Of a DNA stretch of 64,000 bases, positions 38,537 to 51,619 are shown piece after piece. The stretch comes from Felis catus (Eukaryota). Within the stretch, counting starts at the first letter, position 1, and every line of letters starts with the position of its first letter. Location of the stretch: NCBI RefSeq assembly GCF_018350175.1, contig NC_058370.1, positions 136,276,001 through 136,340,000 of the forward strand. Reading direction: 5' to 3'. The translations under genes and the position numbers were made by a program. The notes below the pieces were generated by a model. The model was not told where the DNA came from. It saw only the letters and a list, made by a program, of their open reading frames with translations, and did not search any database.

Positions 38537-38762
38537 GGGGCGCCTGGGTGGCACAGTCGGTTAAGCGTCCGACTTCAGCCAGGTCACGATCTCGCGGTCC
38601 GTGAGTTCGAGCCCCGCGTCGGGCTCTGGGCTGATGGCTCAGAGCCTGGAGCCTGTTTCCGATTCTGTGTCTCCCTCTCTCTCTGCCCCTCCCCCGTTCA
38701 TGCTCTGTCTCTCTCTGTCCCAAAAATAAATAAAAAACGTTGAAAAAAAATTAAAAAAAAAT
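38537..38762 (+). mobile_element. young felid CanSINE
   Basis: TSD AAAATAAGCTATTTCC at 38521-38536 and 38763-38778. Confidence 0.98.
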
Positions 38763-41211
38763 AAAATAAGCTATTTCCTTATCATAAAAATACATGACAA
38801 ATTTTGGACATTAAAAAAAGAGACAGAAAAAATTGAAATTCCATAATCCCACTTTTCGGGAAAAATAACGAACAACTCTTAAAACTTTGGTGTGGTTCCA
38901 GAGTCTTTTTTTCTTCTGCTCATATTAAGATATATCTTACTGTAATTCATCTTATACTAAAGGCACAACTCTGTGCATTGCGTTTTACAAGCGACGTTGT
39001 ATTCAATCAACCTTTTGGGCTTTCGAATTGTTTTGACTTTTAATATTATTTTTCTGATAACTATAATGATATCTACCTCTGAAGAAGTGAAAACATCTGA
39101 GCATGTAAAGTTCTAAACGCTAATTAATACTAAATTCTTTCTAGAACCCTTTTCCAGTTTCTACCAGCAGGATGCTAGCTTCGCTACATCACAAATACAC
39201 TTAAACGTAAATACTTGAGAAGAGCCATTTGAAACTATCACAATACGATTTTTTTTTAATTTTAAGATTTTCATTTTCTTTTGGGGAAAAATGGAAAACA
39301 TGTATTTTTTAGAGTTATAGGGGACTTTATCTATGATGTGATGTGAACTCTGCCATAATTTGTGATCACAAGAAAATCATTTCACATTTCTGCCCCTCAC
39401 CTGTCTTGTCCATATCACACGAGTTAATTACCTGGGGGGTCACAGTGGGGGGGGATTCAAAAGGTGATGTGTGGACCGTGCAAAGAACAGCCCTGCCACA
39501 CGGTAAGCCCCCAAGACTGCCGACAGATTTTTGTTGGTTTGCCCCCATGGCTCTGAAGACCGAGGCCCAGAGAGGTTTGCTAAGTCTCTTAGGAAAATGG
39601 AATCTAGAAATACAACCCTTTCCTCACAGCGTCCTAGTGCTTAATCGGTCCAAGGACATAAAATATCTAGCGGACTGGGGCATTGTGCATCTCAGGAGCA
39701 CCGTGTGCACCCCAATTCTGCTAATGAAACATTGACTTAGGTCTTATCACTCCAGACCTCCACTTGCTTTCCGACCACACAGCCCGTTGGTGCCACAGAT
39801 GTGGCGCGAGCGCGAGTTGCATTTAGATGGACCTGGTTTTGGATCTCAGCTCCTTCCTTTACTGGCTGGGTTGTAAGAAGACACCTGACCTTTTTCAGCT
39901 TTTATATTTTCAGTCTTGCACATGCATTGAAGACAACGGTGGTGATGATGACGGTGGTGGCGGTGACGCAACACCCCAAAGATGCGTTGTGGGCCCTGGG
40001 AACTTCTCCACCGTTCTCCGTAAACCACCCTCCGCCTCATAGGGCAGAGCGCTTCCCATTTCGTGAGCGCTCGTTTTCCTGGTTTTGCTCTCGGCGGTTC
40101 TGGAGGATGAGCAGGAGAGGTGTCGTGACTCTACTTTTCCACGGATAAAGTACGCAGGGCGCCAGGCTGGCTCTGCGATGCGCCTGACCTCCCCTGATGT
40201 GTGTGGCGGTGGGGGAGCCAGCGCTCCTCGCTGGTCCCCAGGGACCCACCAAGCACCACTCGCTTCCTTCCCCGAAGCCCCGTCTGCACCCATGATGCTC
40301 GTGAGAGAAGCCGGACAGCAGCACGGAGGGCGACCATCACCTTAAGGCTCTTCAGTGACGGTGGGTTTTCCAAGGTCACGTGCTTGTAGTTGCATTCCTC
40401 AGCGTCCCTGATCCAAGAAGTTATAACCTTGCTCACCGCCCCTCCCCTCCCCTCCCCGCATGTAGATCCTGGCTGTTTTGTTACGCAACTGGAAGCAGGG
40501 AGACTTTTCTCCGGATCAATTAATGGTGATGAGGGGTCCGCTGGTATTGATTGAGCCTCCGGTATGGATTAGGGGCATGAGTGAAACTCCCCATGCCTTC
40601 CCTGTGGGTCGGAAACACAGACATGCCCTTCCCACGCCAGAAGGCTCACTCCCTGAACTCATTAAAATTCATGACGACAGTGAGTGGGTGGTAGGGCACT
40701 CGCATCTTTGTGAGGTTTATGGACAATTTTTCCTGCTGTGCCTGTGATGGTAATTCCTCAGTTAAATAATTCATGGTGATATTAAGAAGCTTTTTCCTCC
40801 AACTATTATGGAGGAAGAAGGGATTTTTTTTTTTCGGAAAAGGTCAAGGGAAAGGCTGTCAATTCCTTTTTTTTTTTTCTTTTTGAAGAAAGTCATAAGA
40901 TTCATTGAAAATACTGAAATTAAAGAAAACCAGTTTAATTATTGGCTGCTAGACTGAAACATTTGTTCGTGTCAAATGAATACATAAGCCCATTGCAATC
41001 GTGTGAAGAATTTCGTGCCCCAAAGCCAAGATGCATGACAATGCACTTGAAATTTTAACAATGCAGTTAAAAAACCACGGGGAAGGAGAAATATTGTGTA
41101 TTGGGGGTGGCATAAACCAGGGAAATCGGGGGGGCGACGGGACGTGGGTTAGGTGTAGACGGAAGAGAGAAGGCTCCTGTGTAAGATACATGTCTCATGC
41201 AGCGTCAGGGC

Positions 41212-41420
41212 TGCAATAACATTTATTGAGTGTCTGCCATGGGCTAACCATTTTGAGAGACACTTGCTACCTAGACTAATACTTAACTCATAAGGTGGTG
41301 CTATAAAATAGATAATATTACGATCAGCATCCTGTCTTATAAACATGGAAACTGGGGTTCATCGAGGTTAAGTCACTTTCCCAAATCATGAACTAGATGG
41401 CCATAGTTCTGTTTTTGATG
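41212..41420 (-). mobile_element. MIR relic
   Basis: aataacatttattgagtg...ggaaactggggttcatcgaggttaagtcactttcccaa. Confidence 0.8.
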
Positions 41421-41797
41421 GCTGTGGCCTTGTCTGCCTATTATCCCCAGGAAACCACCTAGGAAGCTGAGGCCCCTGGAGGAGAAGTTTCTCGTCTAAA
41501 GGCACGGAGCTAATAAAGTGGAAGAGCGTCCAGGATGCCTGCAGGCGGGAGAGTCCTAGCTGACTGCAGTGAAGCCTCACCCCTGTAATCAGTAACCGCC
41601 ATCATGCAAGATGCCCAGCAGGTCCCAATTCCTGGGGCCCTCAGCTCACACTTTGTATGACGCTGGATCGGACTTTGTCGCCTGCCTCAGCAACCATGGC
41701 TTTCTGGAACACCTGCTTGGTCATTAGCTGAGCCCAAGTCCTCAACCTCTACTGGGGACTTACCTTTCAGATACTAGTTGATTGAAAGTCAACTCTT

Positions 41798-41907
41798 GGG
41801 GCATCGTGGCTCAGTGGGTTGAGCGTCCAACTCTTGCTTTCGGTCCAGGTCATGATCTCGTGGTTCATGGGATGGAACCCCATGTCAGGCTCTGGGCTGA
41901 CAGCTTG
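41798..41907 (+). mobile_element. CanSINE 5' half (rest lost in gap)
   Basis: gggcatcgtggctcagtgggttgagcgtccaactc. Confidence 0.9.
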
Positions 41908-42047
41908 NNNNNNNNNNNNNNNNNNNNNNNNNNNNNNNNNNNNNNNNNNNNNNNNNNNNNNNNNNNNNNNNNNNNNNNNNNNNNNNNNNNNNNNNNNNNN
42001 NNNNNNNNNNNNNNNNNNNNNNNNNNNNNNNNNNNNNNNNNNNNNNN
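41908..42047. other. assembly gap (N)
   Basis: run of N. Confidence 1.
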
Positions 42048-43349
42048 TCTTCTCTGAAAATATTATTTTCCCTGCAAGTGCAAACAGAGGCTGCAAACCC
42101 ACTGGCCGTGACCTCTTCTTCCCAGCCCCGTACCGCTGCTTCCCTCCAGAGCCTTTGAGGGGATTCCCTGACGTGCAATGCCACCTACACCACTCCCCCA
42201 ATGATCCCCAGGCACTGGGACTACACAACGACCACACAATGTGTCTCTGGAACCGACGAAGAAGATCCTGGATCCCTCCAGGGCCTTGTGGAAACTCGAG
42301 GTCAATATGGCAAGACATTCCAGGACCTCTAGTACCCAGAACTTGATCTAGGGGAGGATCACGCGGAGACCGGTCACCTGTGCTTGGCCCAGCAGTGAGG
42401 ATCACATTCGTTAATATCTGAAAATTCTGTGAATGTGACTTCGGAGGGGAGTCACGCATACATGTGCGCTATTCAGATTAATTTAGTGTTGGAAACTTCA
42501 GTTTCAGAATGCACTTTAAAATGTTTCTGTCTTTAGTTTGTTGAGGCTTTTCAAGATTTTAAGACTGACCATCGTCATCAAGTCAGGTGGCTTTCTAAAA
42601 ATGGGGAGCTGTAACTGGAAAGTATTAGCCATACGAATACTCTGTGTTTGCCACACGGTTCTGGGCCCAGCCTTGCACCCGAGTGCAAGAGGCAAGTAGT
42701 GAGGGATTGTTGGGTCTAGACTTCCTTCCTTACTCTGTAATCTGATTGTGCGGCTTCTTCTCCGCATTTACGGTCTAAGTAGATGACAGGCCTCTGGCCC
42801 GTGTTACCTTGATTCTGTGTGGTGTGGAACCCAGTGGTGTCAATGGCAGAGAGAGAAGGAGAGAAGGCAGGCAGGCGAGGACACAATTTGGTAAAAGGAT
42901 GGAATAAAGATCCCCGTTTAGCAGCAGGTCTGATTGCTTCGTTTTTGGCCAGAACTATCCAGTAACTTTTGTAAGGAGGCATTGTGAGCGAAAACCCTGC
43001 ACGGCACAGCGGGCTGTCATCTGGGATGTCTTCCAGAAGTCAGAGTCTGATCAAACCCACCCCGACACGTCTGTTACTTTCTACTGTGTTCATTTTCATT
43101 CCCCTCGCTGTCAATACACACGAGGATTTCTGCAGGCTCCAGAAGGCCTCAGATGCTTCCCAGTAAGACACATCTGTTGAATTTCTCAGGAAAGATGCCG
43201 ATTGCTATTATGAGTCTTCCATAGAATTTTTTTTTATTAAAATGTCATTCAGGCAAGGAGGGTATTTTAATCAGCTACCAGGGCAGCATTTCTGTAAATT
43301 TCTTATCTCCATTTGTTACATTCAGGAGTCTGTTTCTCTTACAATTATT

Positions 43350-43622
43350 TTTATAATACATTTGATCATTTAGAACGATTTTTTCATACATGGAATAATT
43401 TCAAAAGTAAATACAGGGAGTTCCCCTATACTTCACACCCAGTTTCCTCTGGCATCAGCATCTCGTGTTCGTATATGATGCATTGTTGCAACGAACGCAC
43501 GACTAGTAATACGGTACCATTAACGAAGGTCCGTACTTAATCAGATCTGTTCCGCTCCAGAATCGTAGGCAGGATATCATAATCCATGTATCGTCATTAG
43601 AGAATCCCCAGGCTCCGCTTGG
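43350..43622 (-). mobile_element. L1MC-like 3' end
   Basis: tacagggagttcccctatacttcacacccagtttcctct...caggatatcat. Confidence 0.65.
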
Positions 43623-43624
43623 CG

Positions 43625-44610
43625 GCATGTGAGAATACATGGCATTGGTCTTTCTCCATCTGATTTCATTCACGTAGCAAAATGCCTTCAAGGTCCGACC
43701 ACGTCGTCCCAAGTGGCAAGATTTCATTTCGTTGTGACTGAGTAGGATCTCCTTGTGTGTATATATACCACCATTTTTTGACGGATTCATCCGTCCATGG
43801 ACACTTGGGTTGTTTCTATGTCTTGGCTATTGTAAATAACGCTGCAATGAACATGAGGGTGCAGATATCTTTTCGAGTCAGTGTTTTCATTCTCTTTGGA
43901 TACGTATCCAGAAGGGGAATTAATGGATCATATGGCAGTTCTGTTTTTAATTTTTTTAAGGAAGCTCCATACCATTTTCCATAGCGGCCAGCCTAGATTC
44001 TATTCCCACCAGCCATGCACAAGGGTGCCCTTTTTCTCCACATCTTCGCCAACACTGGTTTCTTGTCTTTTGGATGATAGCCATCCTGACAGATGTGAGG
44101 TGACAGCTCACTGGGGTTTTGATTTGCATTTCCCTGACGATTAGCGATGTCAAACACCATATCATATACCTGTTGGCCATCTTGACGTCTTCTTTGGGAA
44201 AATACCTGCTNNNNNNNNNNNNNNNNNNNNNNNNNNNNNNNNNNNNNNNNNNNNNNNNNNNNNNNNNNNNNNNNNNNNNNNNNNNNNNNNNNNNNNNNNN
44301 NNNNNNNNNNNNNNNNNNNNNNNNNNNNNNNNNNNNNNNNNNNNTTTCATTTTGTTGGTTTCCTTTGCTGTACTAAGGCTTTTCAGTTTGATGCGGCCCC
44401 ACTTACCTACTTTTCCTTGTGTTGTTCAGGTCTTAGAGTCCTATCCAAGCACTCAGTGCAAAGACCAACGTCACAGGAGCTTATCACTGTGTTTTCTTCC
44501 AGGCATTTATGGACTCAGGTCTTACAGTCAAGTCTTTGATTCATTTTGAATTAGTTTTTGAGTAGGAGGAAGAGAGTGGTCTAATTTCATTCTTTTGCAT
44601 GGGGCTGACA
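43625..44610 (-). mobile_element. carnivore L1 ORF2 C-terminal fragment (spans gap 44211-44344)
   Basis: ORF piece [52 protein letters not shown] matches the L1 ORF2 C-terminal pattern. Confidence 0.92.
44211..44344. other. assembly gap (N)
   Basis: run of N. Confidence 1.
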
Positions 44611-44826
44611 GGTTGCACAATGTTCCCAATTTTGACCAGCGTATAAGCTTACCATCCTGGTCTTAATTAGCATTTCATTGATTAGTCCTAGAGTGGAACA
44701 TTTTAATAACTTTATGGGCCGTTTGGAATTTCTTCTGTTTGAGATTCCTATTTGTTCTTTTGGTTAACTTTTTTCTGTTGGACCACTTGTGATCAAAACA
44801 AAACAAAACAAAACAAAACAAAACAA

Positions 44827-45250
44827 GGGGCGCCTGGGTGACTCAGTCAGGTGAGTTTCCGACTTCAGCTCAGGTCATGATCTCACAGCCCATGGGTTCG
44901 AGCCCCGTGTCGGACTCTGTGCTGATGCCTCGGAGCCTGGAGCCTGCTTCGGATTCTGTGTCTCCCTCTCTCTCTGCCCCTCCTCCACTCATGCTCTGTC
45001 CGTCTCTCCCAAAAATAAATAAACTTTGGGGCACCTGAGTGGCTCAGTCGGTTAAGCGTCCGACTTCAGCTCAGGTCATGATCTCGCGGTTCGTGAGTTC
45101 GAGCCCCACTTCGGGCTCTGTGCTGACAGCTCAGAGCCTGGAGCCTGCTTCGGATTCTGTGTCTCCCTCTCTGTCTCTCCCCTGCTTACTCTCTGTTTCT
45201 CAAAATAAATAAACATTAAAAAATTTTTAAAAATTAAAAAAAAAAAAACA
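44827..45250 (+). mobile_element. two head-to-tail CanSINEs (44827-45027, 45028-45250), preceded by (CAAAA)n
   Basis: two full SINE bodies joined at aataaataaacttt|ggggcacc. Confidence 0.95.
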
Positions 45251-45269
45251 AAGGCCCAAACCACAAGAA

Positions 45270-45715
45270 CTTCAGGATTGTTATTTATCTAGAATGGCAC
45301 ACTAATACGTCCTTAGTTACATCCGTTGTAAATATCTGCTCTCAGTCATAGCTTAGCTTTTCACGATTTTTCAATACAAAAATTCTCAAATTTTAACGTG
45401 TGAATTTTTCGACTTCCTTCTTTTATGAAGTAGACTTCATATATTTCACTCACGAAAATTTCCCCTGCTCCAAGGTTATACATAAAGTGTTCTTGCATTT
45501 TTTCCTAAAATTTGCTTTTGAGTCCATGTGGAACTGATTTTCGATTATGGCGCGAAACAAAGGTTCAATGTTATGATTACTTTTTAGGTAATCACTTGTC
45601 TTACCATAAATTTATTGACTAGATCATGTTTTCCCCACTAACCTGCAATATCACTTCAGTCATATTTCAAACGCCCAAGTACCTGAGTCTAATTCAGGTT
45701 AATTTCTATTGGCAA
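45270..45715 (-). mobile_element. decayed L1M fragment
   Basis: gttgtaaatatctgctctcagtc...tccatgtggaactgatttt...ccataaatttattga. Confidence 0.6.
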
Positions 45716-46007
45716 AGGAACTGAAATTTTTTCACTTGCGAGGACTTTCTATATAAAGAAATCTGTTTCAAAGTTTATTTCAACATATTATTAATCAGTG
45801 ATATATTTATTATAACAGAATAGTGTAGTTTCCTCATCAAGTTAAAGCTTGCTGAAAGAACACAATTACACTATTTAAAAAAGCAAAATTGTTTTTGATT
45901 TTAAAATGGGGCAAATACTATAGAAACCTATCAAAGGGTCATTTTCCATTTGAGATGTGTGGAGAAGACTGCTCAATGCGGGCTTACTTTTTATCTTACA
46001 CTGAAAC

Positions 46008-46225
46008 TTTTTATTTTATTTTTTTTACATTTATTTATTTTTGATAGAGAGAGACAGAGCACAAGTGGGGGAGGGGCAGAGAGAGAAGGAGACACAGAAC
46101 CGAAGCAAGCTCCAGGCTCTGAGCTAGCAGCACAGAGCCCGACGCGGGGCTTGAACCCACGAACCGTGAGATCATGACCTGAGCCGAAGTTGGATGCTCA
46201 ACCGACTGAGCCACCCGGGCACCCC
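46008..46225 (-). mobile_element. CanSINE
   Basis: TSD a(c/g)tgaaactttt. Confidence 0.96.
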
Positions 46226-46256
46226 AACAGTGAAACTTTTAAAAAGACTGTATGTA

Positions 46257-46419
46257 GGGGAGCCTGGGTGGTTCAGTCGGTTAAGTGTCTGACTCTCGGT
46301 TTTGACTCAGGTCATGATCTCACAGTTCGTGAGTTCAAGCCCCTCATCGAGCCCTGCAGTGATGATGCAGAGGCTTGGGATTCTCTCTCTCCTCTGTCTC
46401 TGCCCCTCCCCTGCTCGCC

Positions 46420-46458
<39 letters not shown>

Positions 46459-46484
46459 CAAATAGATAAATAAACTTAAAAAAA
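46257..46484 (+). mobile_element. CanSINE (older)
   Basis: ggggagcctgggtggttcagtcgg head, CT tract, A tail. Confidence 0.94.
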
Positions 46485-47128
46485 ATGGGTTGTATGTAAA
46501 TGGGATTCTCCACTACTCAGCTTAAGAACCAGTAATAATACGGCCAGAAGACAATAACTTAAAATCTGTTGTTACAGAAGACAGAGGAAGGGGAACCGAC
46601 TGTTGCAAAGCAAAAAATAAAGAAGGTCAGGTGGGAAGGAAAAAAGAGGTGTTTACTCATATAAAATTATATTTACGAGAAACCTTAACCAAGTGTAGAA
46701 GATTCCGGTGACGTCTAGTGTCAAATTTGTGGTGTTGCCGTTTGGGGTTTCTAGTCGTCCACAACCTAACCAGGGAGGAGGTCTCTCCGATGGGTGTCCG
46801 TCACTCCTTGTCAGTGTCACTTAAAAGGAGGCAGCCTCATGTCAGCAACCCTGCTCACACAGGGCTAGCTGCAAGGCTGAGTGTGGTCACCGAGAGAATT
46901 CACTCGATGGCATGTGCAACTAGGTCTAGTTCTGCATTCTGTAACCTCCTTAGGGGCCATGGAATGCTGCCATATGAAAAAAAAATGTAAATAGGAAGCC
47001 AGTGGGATAACCAGGTACAACAGTAGTAAACAACAGTGTAAACCACACATGACAGGAACATTTACTCACTAATAAGTCGAAGGAAATGGAGCGTGTGTGG
47101 TGAACACATAGAATATTACAAGTATTCA

Positions 47129-47332
47129 GGGCGCCCGGGTGGCTCAGTTGGTTAAGCATCCAACTTCGGCTCAGGTCATGATCTCGCGGTTCATGAGTTT
47201 GAGCCCCGCGTCAGGCTCTGTGCTGACCGCTCAGAGCCCGGAGCCTGCTTCGGATTCTATGTCTCCCTCTCTGTCTGCCCCTCCCCTGCTCGCACTCTAT
47301 CTCTCTCAAAAATAAGTAAACATTTAAAAAAA
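47129..47332 (+). mobile_element. CanSINE
   Basis: gggcgcccgggtggctcagttgg head and typical body. Confidence 0.96.
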
Positions 47333-50300
47333 TGTGTTTAAATATATAGGCACTGATGATTCACGCTTACTATGCTTGTCTCCAAGGACAGCCCGTGGAG
47401 CTGAGACAAACTCGAGAAGAAAAACTCTAACTCACAATAAAAGTAATTTTCCAAACAACCTTGAGAGGTAGTCTCACAAGGCCCGGCATTGTTATTACAT
47501 GTTAACGTCTGCTTGCCTTACTCAACACTCACTATATTTGACAGGGTTTTGATCCTCTCGACATCTTCCTGTGATGGATGGATTGTAGGAAGTTGAGTTT
47601 GCAGAAAATCTGAATGATCCGTAGAGGACCCTTCATGTTCCTGGCACAAATTCAACTCTGGAATTTCCAGTTGGGCCTTCCTTTTTGTTACTGACACCTA
47701 CTGATGCTGATGTCCTTAAAACATGATTTCATGAAATCCCGAAAATGCAGGTCAAGTAATCACCTGTGATCTATAAATATAATCCAGAAAGAGTATTTGT
47801 AAAGGTTCTAGAATATGAACGATGCATTGCTTTGCAGAGTAAAGAATAGATACTATTTCTTCCTTGTCCTCATATCCAGTAGCAAGAAACGTGAAATTTA
47901 CCACATTGAACTGCAAATCAGCAGTGCGTCTAGAGGAAAAGCTCAAACTTCACTCACAAATCTCTAGACTCAAACCTTGCTCTACTGCTTACAAAGTCGG
48001 TGACTTACTTCAATCCAGAGTCTTGGATCCTTCCATGAATAGTTCGTTGTGAGTGTAAACTGAAGTCTCCCGGATGGTTCTAGATGCGTGAGTCACACTG
48101 CCTCCTTGTCTTCATTTGTCCCCAAGTTCTATGCAACATCTTGAAGGTTTACCAGTCCCAGTTCACAGCCCAGTTTGGAACCAGATGAGAGATGGACACG
48201 GGAATTAGAAGGCGGTGGGAGGATTTCTAACACATAACATCTATAAATTTGGTTAACTTGTGACCAGACGGGTTTGCCAAAATTCCCTGCCTGATGCCCC
48301 TCCACTGAGTCAAATCCGCATCTTGGAAAGACCAGCTGGATGAACTCAGTAGGAAGAGCAGGTCTGCAGAACAGACGCACATCTGGAGGCAGGCCGTCTC
48401 CAAGATCATTCAGGAAGGCCACTAACTCGGAAAGAAATGGAAGAAAAGAGTCCAAAGCCCTCAGTGCTTAATGTTCTAACAGAGTGACTCTATCCATTTA
48501 AGAAAAAGAGGATCCAGCCTGTTACAACCAACCAGTCAAGGCTAAGTCATTTCTGCACAGGGAGGAATGCATGGGGGGGGGGGGGGGGGGGCAGTAGAGG
48601 AAGAGGCCAAGACGGTCACATGGCATCCTTCTTCCCCACAGTATGTGCAGGAAGGGGTGATGACCTCTTCCTTGTGAGCCTCACCACCCTTCCTGCCACT
48701 CAAGCCAGAAGTACTGAGATTAGCTGGGACGTGACTTCTCCGTGCATCTAGACCCAACTCAACCCTTACCTCCAGTGTCACGCCCTATGCGGGCTGACCA
48801 CGCCCCGCGGTTGCCATGGCTTCTTTCTTTCCTTTTCTACTTCTATTCGACCCACATGAGCTCCCTCCCACCTGCCATTTGTGTAGGTCATTCTTCATTC
48901 CGTAGCTCATCTCAGCTCCTGCCTGTTCCTTCAGGAAGTGCCTCTCTGCCTCCTGTTTTCCTTTGCTTCTCAGTGACAGGTGCGTTACAACCCAGGTGTC
49001 ACAAGGACCCGGGCATAACAACAGAAATGTAGTAGCTTCCATTGATCAGGAATCACAACGATGCACCAAGCTCTGGACCACGCATTTCTGTTTGCTTAAG
49101 CTCCACAACCTCCTGTGATCTCAGTCTACACTTTGAGGCATTTGTTGAGTTAGCCGAGGCTTGGAAATAGTAACTAAGCCCAGTCTTTGAGGAAGGACAC
49201 TGACTAACAGTGACAATCATACAGTCAGGATTCTGCCCCATTCCCTCCTGGTCCCCACGAGGGTCGGCATTCCGGTGAAGCTTGGGGACATTACGTGTCA
49301 GCGCCGGGGCGAGACAGGTTGCATTATTGCCGTCTTAGAACCAGACTTCCCAGCTCTTGGATCTTCGGGGGATGCTTTGATATCAGAGGTTCAGGTGAAA
49401 GAAGCCGCAAGAAAAACACGAGACAAGGCACACGTGTACATCCCGGTTACACACTCCAGGTGTGTGCGTTTATGCCTGTCCAGGGCTCTGGCATTCTCCG
49501 AGAGTCCAGAAGCAGAGAGGACAGCAGGCACGCGGCAATCACACTCCCGTGCATTTCCGCACACGTCCGTGGCCGTAAGGGGAGACTAAATAAGGCAGCA
49601 TTCAAGACAGGTTCTGGGCAGCTGCAAGATGTCTTTTCTGAACACGAGTTTAGGTGGATAAGAGTTCAGTAAGTGAATCTTCATTATCAATCCGCCAGAT
49701 AGCTAGAGTTACACGGAAGTGTCCCTCCTTCCGTGCGGGGAGGTATGGCCCGCGTGGCAGATCGCGTGCTTTCTTCCGTGTCCAGGAGCATCCCTGACAC
49801 ACGTGACCGCAAGAAGACATCTTCAGCCCCAGACAAGCCTACTGGTTGCCCCTGCTTCTGCCCACGCCTCTGGAGGAGGGGCAGTGCGATTCCATGGACC
49901 ACGTCGTCCGTAACGCGGTCCCCTTCCTTTAGCCATGATTCATCTTGACGAGGAACGTTTAAAAGCAACAGTGTAATATGATCAGCAGTGTAATACGATC
50001 AGCAACACCCATCCTCGGAAAAGGAGTCCGGCTGAAAGCTTTCTGTCCCCATGAGTACTGCGGAGTCTTCAGCCTCATGTCCGTGGTGGGCGTGAAGTCC
50101 CGCGAGCGACTCCGGTTCTGTCCACACCGCCTGCAGGATCAGGGCTCTGGCTGAACCGGTTCCGGTAGGGGCTACCCCCGCCTGCAGGGCGAGGAGGGGG
50201 TGCAGGCATCCGGGGCCCCGCTCCCCTCCCCTCACTCAGCTCTGCCTCGCCTTAGCCGCCGGGCACTTCAGCCTCGCTTCCGAAAAGCTTCGCGGAATCT

Positions 50301-51191
50301 TCCGTGGGCCCCCTCGTGCGTGTGGTCCTTCCCAGAGCTCTGACATTGGCTTCTACCTTCAGACGGCACCCCTCCCTGCCCCTCGGACTCTTAGCATGCC
50401 ACACTCGGCGATGGATCATTCCACCGGGCCCCGCAGAGGCTCACCTCTACGCCTGGAGATGTGGCCCACGTGGCTCCATCAGTCCCGGTCACTCCTGGAG
50501 AAAAAGAAGTTTGCAGTGCACCAGGTTTCCACGCCCAGGATGGACCTGAGAGGCTCTGTTTTGGAGTCCTTCACAAAATTTTACTTACCCAGAGCCATCA
50601 CCATCATATCGCCCGTCCATCTTTCACTTCCTCGAGGAGCAGAAGTTGACGTCTTATCCCCAACAGGTATTCTCTTCTTTCTGGTTGAACTCAGCCACAC
50701 AACTACTGCCCTTCCTGCAAAGTAATTGATGCACAATTGACTTGGTCCTCAGGACCAAAGAGTGAGACCTCACATCCAGGGAACGGGGAGCCCTGGGGTC
50801 AGCAGCGGAGCCCCCGGTGGCTGTGGTCTTGTCTCCGAGCAGGTCTTCGTCGTGGATGAACCAGAATGACGAGGGGATGGTGTTAGAAGGCAGCGTGTTG
50901 TTTATCATTTCCTTATTTCGCTGTGACTCTTTTTATACTTCGCTTATTTATAAAACGGACAATACCTGTCCTGTCCATCTCACAGATTTGCTGGGAAGAT
51001 ACCAAATGAGCTAATATATGTGCTGATACTTTACAAATTACGTATCCTTATTCACATATGTGACACCGTTAATGACTTGTAGGGATAGAAGTAGTTGTTT
51101 TTTTAGTGAAACTAAAACCACCCTGCACTTTTTTCACTGCTGCTTCAGTATGGAAACTTCCATTGTTCATAGAAGAATTATAGGTTTTCTC

Positions 51192-51413
51192 GGGGCGCCT
51201 GGGTGGCGCAGTCGGTTAAGCGCCCGACTTCAGCCAGGTCACGATCTCGCGGTCCGTGAGGTCGAGCCCCGCGTCGGGCTCTGGGCTGACGGCTCGGAGC
51301 CTGGAGCCTGTTTCCGAGTCTGTGTCTCCCTCTCTCTCTGCCCCTCCCCCGTTCATGCTGTGTCTCTCTCTGTCCCAAAAATAAATAAACGTTGAAAAAA
51401 AATTTAAAAAAAA
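51192..51413 (+). mobile_element. young felid CanSINE with 21-bp TSD
   Basis: AGAAGAATTATAGGTTTTCTC at 51171-51191 and 51414-51434. Confidence 0.98.
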
Positions 51414-51619
51414 AGAAGAATTATAGGTTTTCTCAATACAAATATTCCATTACAGGGGCGGGGGGGGGGGGGGGTAGGGAATGGAAAGAGTGTGATCGCT
51501 TTTATTAAAATTTGCTTGGATCCAATTGTTCATGTCAGTGTATATTAACAAGAGTTTTTTCCAGATAGAATAGGCTGATCGGTGCCCTAACCTGTCAGTG
51601 TCTCCTGTATCTCATGGTA

